Made by a program: the position numbers and the translations under genes | Origin: Octopus vulgaris | Lineage: Eukaryota | Assembly (NCBI GenBank): GCA_951406725.2 | Contig: OX597829.1 | Span: forward strand, 33,542,001 to 33,606,000 | DNA length: 64,000 nucleotides | Direction: 5' to 3' | Shown here: positions 60,101-64,000 of the stretch, in pieces | Position numbering within the stretch: the first letter of the stretch is position 1 | Layout: each line of letters begins with the position of its first letter | The notes under the pieces: model-generated | Seen by the model: the letters and a program-made list of their open reading frames with translations, nothing else | The model's database searches: none | Told to the model about the DNA's origin: nothing

Positions 60101-61542
60101 TGATATTTTGATAGCATTACAATCACATGACCTAAACATACAAAAGCCATTTTGAATCTCTTTAACTCAATACTTTGACCCCAAACATTTCATGAGATGG
60201 ACATATCCTACACCCACAAAACCAAGTAATGTAGAGCTGAATCAAACTGTTGTTAAATATATAACAAATATTATGATTGGTTAGGCAAAGAAGGCAAAGA
60301 CTACAAAGATTCAATCTATAAATTCTAATTATTGAATTACAATGTAAAATGCTAATTAAATATATAGAAAACTGCCTGAACAAGCTCCTCAAAAGTAGTG
60401 AAAAGTCCCACCTGGAGAGAGTGCTGTTGGAGATAGAGAAAAGTCTGCAACCCTAGCTGTTAACCATAAGTTATAAAATAATTTTTTCAGCTTATCAAAC
60501 CTCAATATAGGAAAAATTTACAACCTACATCAATAAACCACTATTTTGAGGGGAAAGGGGCCAGTCAATTAGATCAACCCCAGTACACAACTGGTACTTA
60601 ATTTATCAACCCCAAAATGATGAAAGGGAAAGTGGACCTTGGCGAAATATGAACTCAGAACGTAAAGACAGACGAGATGCCACTAAGCATTTTGCCTGGC
60701 GTGATGACGTTTCTGCCAGCTTGCTACCTTGATATATATTCACTATCATGTTGACATCAATTTATGTCAACCAGATGTAGAAAAAGACCAACAAAATCTT
60801 AAGAACTGCAGTTGTCATACTAAGAACTTCTTGGCCTGACTACATCATGAAGGAAAAAGTGATGGAAAGGGACTGGCTGAGAAACTTACAGGTTACATCA
60901 TGGAAAAAGATGTTCAGCCAAGTACAATGCCAGCTCGCAAAGGGGCAGAAAAACCTTCTCTTCAGTGGAAGAGAGAGAAGTAGCATAGGAAATGGGCAGA
61001 CCTGTCAGGACCTGGATGTAACACTTATCTGAGTGCTGGCTTACAACAAGGCTTGCAACTGTCATGAGTGGAGATCTCTTGTAACCCGATGCTTCAAAAG
61101 TAGAAGGAAGAACGTGTATGAGTGTGTGTGTGCACGTGATTATGTGCGTAAGTGAAATTCGAGAGGTGGGGATCAACTTGATTTTCTCCTTCCCACATAC
61201 ATTCATGCTTATAGTTTTGTGATACTAGTAATATCAAATTAGCAAGAAAGAGCTATTAAATTATCTGTAGAGAATTTTGAGTTTAAAGTCAACATAGGAG
61301 TATTGAGATTTTCTAATAGAACACAATTTCTGCATTGCCTCACTTTAAGCATTACTCATCAAGAATACTTACCAGATTTCACCTATCAAAAAGGACATTA
61401 ATTTTACACCTTCTGTTGAAACAAGTAGTAGAGTATGATACTTACCAGCAATTGCTGATGACTGACTGGAAACGTCGACATTTCCATCATAGTCACCCGA
61501 AATGGTTGCGGCATCCGAAACATCTGCCATGTTAGTGGCCAT
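33915..61542 (-). CDS. CRACD: Spliced host gene, CRACD/KIAA1211-like (DUF4592) actin capping-protein regulator. 8 coding exons: 61446-61542, 58448-58637, 53668-53809, 45251-45317, 43656-43789, 42037-42139, 36862-39425, 33915-34028; 3411 nt, about 1136 aa
   Basis: All introns are GT..AG with polypyrimidine tracts, and phases chain 1,2,0,1,0,1,0 into one ORF from ATG to TAA. Motifs [47 protein letters not shown] and [12 protein letters not shown] resemble conserved blocks of vertebrate KIAA1211/KIAA1210/CRACDL. Family call is from recalled motifs, so read the symbol as CRACD-like. Confidence 0.75.
35285..36500 (+). mobile_element. hAT (Buster/Charlie-type) transposase remnant in the last intron
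   Basis: [41 protein letters not shown]. Confidence 0.85.
35812..36024 (+). mobile_element. Nin/Deu-type SINE inserted in the hAT remnant
   Basis: Same head and core as the 11503 copy; insertion flanked by a 14-bp direct repeat GTATTGTTATCACA. Confidence 0.88.
36862..39425 (-). CDS. Coding exon 7, 2564 nt, encoding a Ser/Thr/Lys/Glu-rich low-complexity region
   Basis: Uninterrupted ORF 36850..39531; acceptor ctctttaattttccag, donor GAG|GTTGGT; phase 1 to 0. Confidence 0.92.
40077..41870 (+). mobile_element. Mutator-like (MULE) DNA transposon, internally deleted, with 9-bp TSD AACTTTAGA
   Basis: TSD at 40068-40076 and 41871-41879; GG..CC termini with inverted GACAATTYGCCATA subrepeats; FLYWCH-like KVYWKC..CKARVHT and PEIYYQLY remnants. 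Confidence 0.9.
42037..42139 (-). CDS. Coding exon 6 ([34 protein letters not shown])
   Basis: Acceptor ttctcttttcag, donor CAG|GTAAGA; phase 0 to 1. Confidence 0.85.
42238..42570 (+). mobile_element. Decayed CORE-type SINE with RTE-like tail
   Basis: GGGCAAATATCTT..GAAACTGAAAGAAGCC body, ending ATGCTAGCA..GTGGACAT. Confidence 0.55.
42791..42906. repeat. Short intronic inverted repeat (38-bp arms)
   Basis: AAAGATTTGGCTGCTATTTCTTGCACACCCTGCTACCA vs TGGTAGCAGGGTACGCTAGAAATAGCACTCAAATCTTT. Confidence 0.85.
43656..43789 (-). CDS. Coding exon 5, containing the DUF4592/CPI-like motif ([19 protein letters not shown])
   Basis: Acceptor ttttcttttag, donor AGT|GTAATT; phase 1 to 0. Confidence 0.85.
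44490..44670 (+). mobile_element. Isolated RTE 3' tail
   Basis: TGGTTGGCATTAGAAAGGGCATCCAGC..CCCATGCCAGCATGGA. Confidence 0.75.
45251..45317 (-). CDS. Coding exon 4 ([22 protein letters not shown])
   Basis: Acceptor tttttacttacttccag, donor CAG|GTTTGT; phase 0 to 1, bridging exons 3 and 5. Confidence 0.7.
45497..46915 (+). mobile_element. RTE LINE (PHD family), 5'-truncated, intronic and antisense to the host
   Basis: PHD remnant, [20 protein letters not shown], hairpin-array UTR, tail. Confidence 0.92.
46960..47500 (-). mobile_element. Older, degraded RTE copy, inverted relative to 45497-46915
   Basis: The minus strand retains YLGD and RRLSWYRH-like remnants. Confidence 0.55.
48160..49230 (-). 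mobile_element. Penelope-like RT fragment related to 7300-10090
   Basis: [40 protein letters not shown]. Confidence 0.8.
49712..50035 (+). mobile_element. CpG-retaining (young-looking) RTE 3' UTR-only insertion
   Basis: 2.5 hairpin units followed by GAGTGGTTGGCGTTAGGAAGGGCATCCAGC..GCGGACGTTAAACGATGATGAT. Confidence 0.88.
50415..51005. repeat. Compound direct + inverted repeat (A-B..A-B'-B)
   Basis: 87-bp exact direct repeat 50415-50501/50681-50767; inverted arms 50771-50846/50894-50971; B segment also at 50510-50603. Confidence 0.9.
51020..53590 (+). mobile_element. Decayed R4/Dong-like non-LTR retrotransposon (RT + CCHC knuckle + restriction-like endonuclease)
   Basis: [82 protein letters not shown]. 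Confidence 0.85.
53668..53809 (-). CDS. Coding exon 3 ([23 protein letters not shown]...SLHM)
   Basis: Acceptor ttttattacag, donor ATG|GTAAGT; phase 2 to 0. Confidence 0.85.
53833..54137. repeat. Compound (TA)n/(CA)n microsatellite next to the exon 3 acceptor
   Basis: Directly visible. Confidence 0.9.
54180..55513 (+). mobile_element. Tc1-like transposon remnant (DD34E type); right TIR present
   Basis: [42 protein letters not shown]; ends ATACTTTTGGCCAAGGCTG followed by TA. Confidence 0.88.
55540..55997 (+). mobile_element. mariner transposase 3' fragment with right TIR
   Basis: [22 protein letters not shown]; TIR-like end GGATGACCCAA followed by TA. Confidence 0.9.
56300..57990 (+). mobile_element. 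Older RTE subfamily copy (PHD remnant, CT-rich 3' UTR, RTE tail)
   Basis: [39 protein letters not shown]; tail at 57850-57987. Confidence 0.85.
58448..58637 (-). CDS. Coding exon 2 ([23 protein letters not shown]...DEEDDGG)
   Basis: Acceptor tttttgttgtag, donor GG|GTTAGT; lies within ORF 58420..58740; phase 1 to 2. Confidence 0.85.
59100..59900 (+). mobile_element. Highly decayed Penelope-like RT remnant
   Basis: [32 protein letters not shown]. Confidence 0.6.
60545..60731 (-). mobile_element. Nin/Deu-type SINE
   Basis: Reverse complement of the 35812 SINE. Confidence 0.85.
61446..61542 (-). CDS. Coding exon 1 ([32 protein letters not shown])
   Basis: AAAATGG start context and G|GTAAGT donor in phase 1, matching the next exon. 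An upstream acceptor (ttttctgcag, 61565-61566) suggests a further non-coding exon. Confidence 0.75.
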
Positions 61543-63117
61543 TTTTCAAATGAGTGAAAATGAGCTGCAGAAAAGTTGGTGATAATGATGTTCTATTTAA
61601 CTCATAGTCAGCACCAGCAACTACATGTACACATATGAAACCTTGAAAAAAAAAAAAGAAAAAAAAATTGTTTGATGGTAATAAAAAGGCAACTCTTTCA
61701 TTGGAAGAGTGATAAATGGTAAATTAAATATAAGATTTGAGCTTGTGGCTATGAAAAATTCTTCCCCACCATACAACTCACCTTATGTTAAATGGCAATT
61801 CAGAGAAATGTTATTGTAGCTTAGATGCATGCACATAAAGTTTTCTTTAACGAAAATATAGTAAACTTCCCTTTCAATAACACAATCAATTCATGTATCA
61901 AAGAAACAGTATTGTACATCGCCTTCTCTACAATAATCAGCCAAAACTTGCAATGCTGCTAAAAGCTTCACAATCTTTGAACATCCATGATGACATTATG
62001 ATCATATGCACACATATGTGTATTCATATTACAAGTGCAGGGTAGGTTAAAGTTTAAGATTATAAAGAGAAGCAGTGAACAATTTGGAGTCAAAGAAACG
62101 TCACAAAAATTGAGAAACAATTCTTTATGAGCCTTATAAAAACTTTTTAAAAATTTGCTGGAAGGTGGAGAGAAGGGCACATGCATGGTCCTGTCGTCAA
62201 CATATAAACCAGTCCACCCACAAACATTGCCTGGTGAGGAAGGTTGCTGAAAACCCAGCAGGACAAAAACAATACCTGTCAAAATGATGGAAGAACACAT
62301 GATCAACACCCAACTGATAATAGTAAAGAGACTTAAAAATTATGGCTTAGTATCCAGCATGCTGTAAAACCTGTGAGTGTGAGGCAGGCTTTTGCTAAAG
62401 CATATCTCTAGGAGAAGGTAATACGTCCACAAATACAATGGTAGTTTAACTTATTGAGTAGTCAGGAAGTGACAACATTAAATGACAGTCAGACAAAGAG
62501 AAGGACAATATTGTGTACAAACCCTCACTGCCTGTGAGTGCCTTTGAAGAGGTAAAGGCGAAAGCAATTAATCCCAACAGAAAATTGGGCTGAAAAGAAT
62601 CTGGAGTCTACTAACTCTATTCATTATGAAAGGAGACTGAAGATAATGAATGAAGTGTATCTGAAGGTTTTGAATATTCAGCCATAAAGCTAACCCCCAC
62701 CCCCACCTTCAGGGATTGTAGTCTTGTGAATTGCATGGCAACCAAACTAATAATTCTTTTTTGGAACCAGAATTGAAAAGAAAAAAGAAAACAAAAAAAA
62801 ACAAAATTTCCCTGTGGTTTTATATTCAAATGAGATTATTCAACCCAATAGCTTTATATGTACTTTGAGATCTAATTAACAAGAATAATTATCACATGTT
62901 CTCTCAAGTGTTTACAAATTTTTAAAACCACCTCACTAATAATAGTGGCATTAAAAAAAAAACAGTACACATAAAGTGGTTAGTGTTAGGAAGGGTATCC
63001 AACAACAGAAAACATGTTACAGCAGACAATGGGGCAATGAACCCATCAAATGCTGTCAAACCATACATCCCATGCCAGAATGAAAAAAGAATATTAACTG
63101 ATTACAAACATAGATAT

Positions 63118-63655
63118 AGACCCAGGAAGACATAAGACATGGTGGTGAAGCATGACCTTCGAACTTTGAGCCTCACAGAGGCAATGACTAGTGACCAAGA
63201 CCTTTGGCGATGTGCTCTGCTTAAGAGGACCCATCAAGCCAAGTGCACCAGTGCTGGTGGCATGTAAAAAAAAAAAAATCAACCTTTAAATGTTAGGCCT
63301 CATGAAAGCAAAGTGGCCAAATTCCTTTCGAGTGTTGGGCCTCACAGAGGTGAGGTGGCTGAGTTCCTTTTGAGCAGGCCTCACGGAGGCAAGGTGGCTA
63401 AGTTCCTTTCGAGTGTTGGGCCTCATGGAAGCAATGACCAAGACCTTTGGCATTATGTTGTGCTCGAAAAGAAGACCCATGAAGCTGAGCAAAATCACAT
63501 TCATAGCATTACACTCTTGGGGTGGTTGACATTAGGAAGGGCATCCACCTGTAGAAAACCATGCCAAATCAGACTGGATCTTGGCATAGCCTTCCAGTAT
63601 GCCAGCCCAGTCAAAATTTCCAACCCATGGACAACGGATGTTAAATGATGATGAT
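63118..63655 (+). mobile_element. RTE 3' end variant with internal ~42-bp tandem repeats
   Basis: RPRKT..VVKHDLRTL remnant; repeats TTGGGCCTCACGGAGGCAAGGTGGCTGAGTTCCTTT at 63290-63435; RTE tail. Confidence 0.8.
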
Positions 63656-64000
63656 ATATGTGTGTATGTGCATGCACATATACACACACATACATTATTA
63701 AAAGCCTGAGGTGCATCACACTGTACATACATCATCATTATACATGTTCAATATACTGCTGGATGAAGGCCTCAGTGTGTTCTCTCTCTACGATCCATGG
63801 GCAGGGTGGCAAAGAATTTAAAGTTTTCATTCCAACTTTACATTGAGAAAAAAACAAGTGGGAAAACATGGTAGTGTCCACTGTCAGTTTGCTATTCCAT
63901 CAGTTATACTTTCTTATAAACATATATCTTCTCTGAAGGACCATTTCAGAGTTTTTATTTTCTAGATAATATCCATTAAACCTATTGCCACTTCTATCTA

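Overview
Repeat-rich, AT-rich animal genomic DNA. The mix of Nin/Deu-domain and CORE SINEs, RTE LINEs, Penelope-like elements and very long TA/TG microsatellites suggests an octopus or other coleoid cephalopod (inference). One host gene can be reconstructed by hand on the minus strand: 8 coding exons from 61542 to 33915, GT-AG introns with consistent phases, about 1136 aa, with motifs resembling the CRACD/KIAA1211 (DUF4592) actin capping-protein regulators. The rest is mostly decayed transposons: CR1-like, three RTE lineages, R4-like, Penelope-like, MULE with a 9-bp TSD, hAT, Tc1, mariner and SINEs, plus a 7.5-kb TA-rich satellite block. Highlights: (1) the dominant RTE LINE family carries a C4HC3 PHD finger inserted inside its RT; (2) its 3' UTR holds a variable-copy array of 65-nt double-hairpin units with a compensatory base change; (3) a minimal hammerhead-like motif with a non-canonical core; (4) several fold-back or rearranged structures. 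No database searches were run, so family names come from motif recognition.
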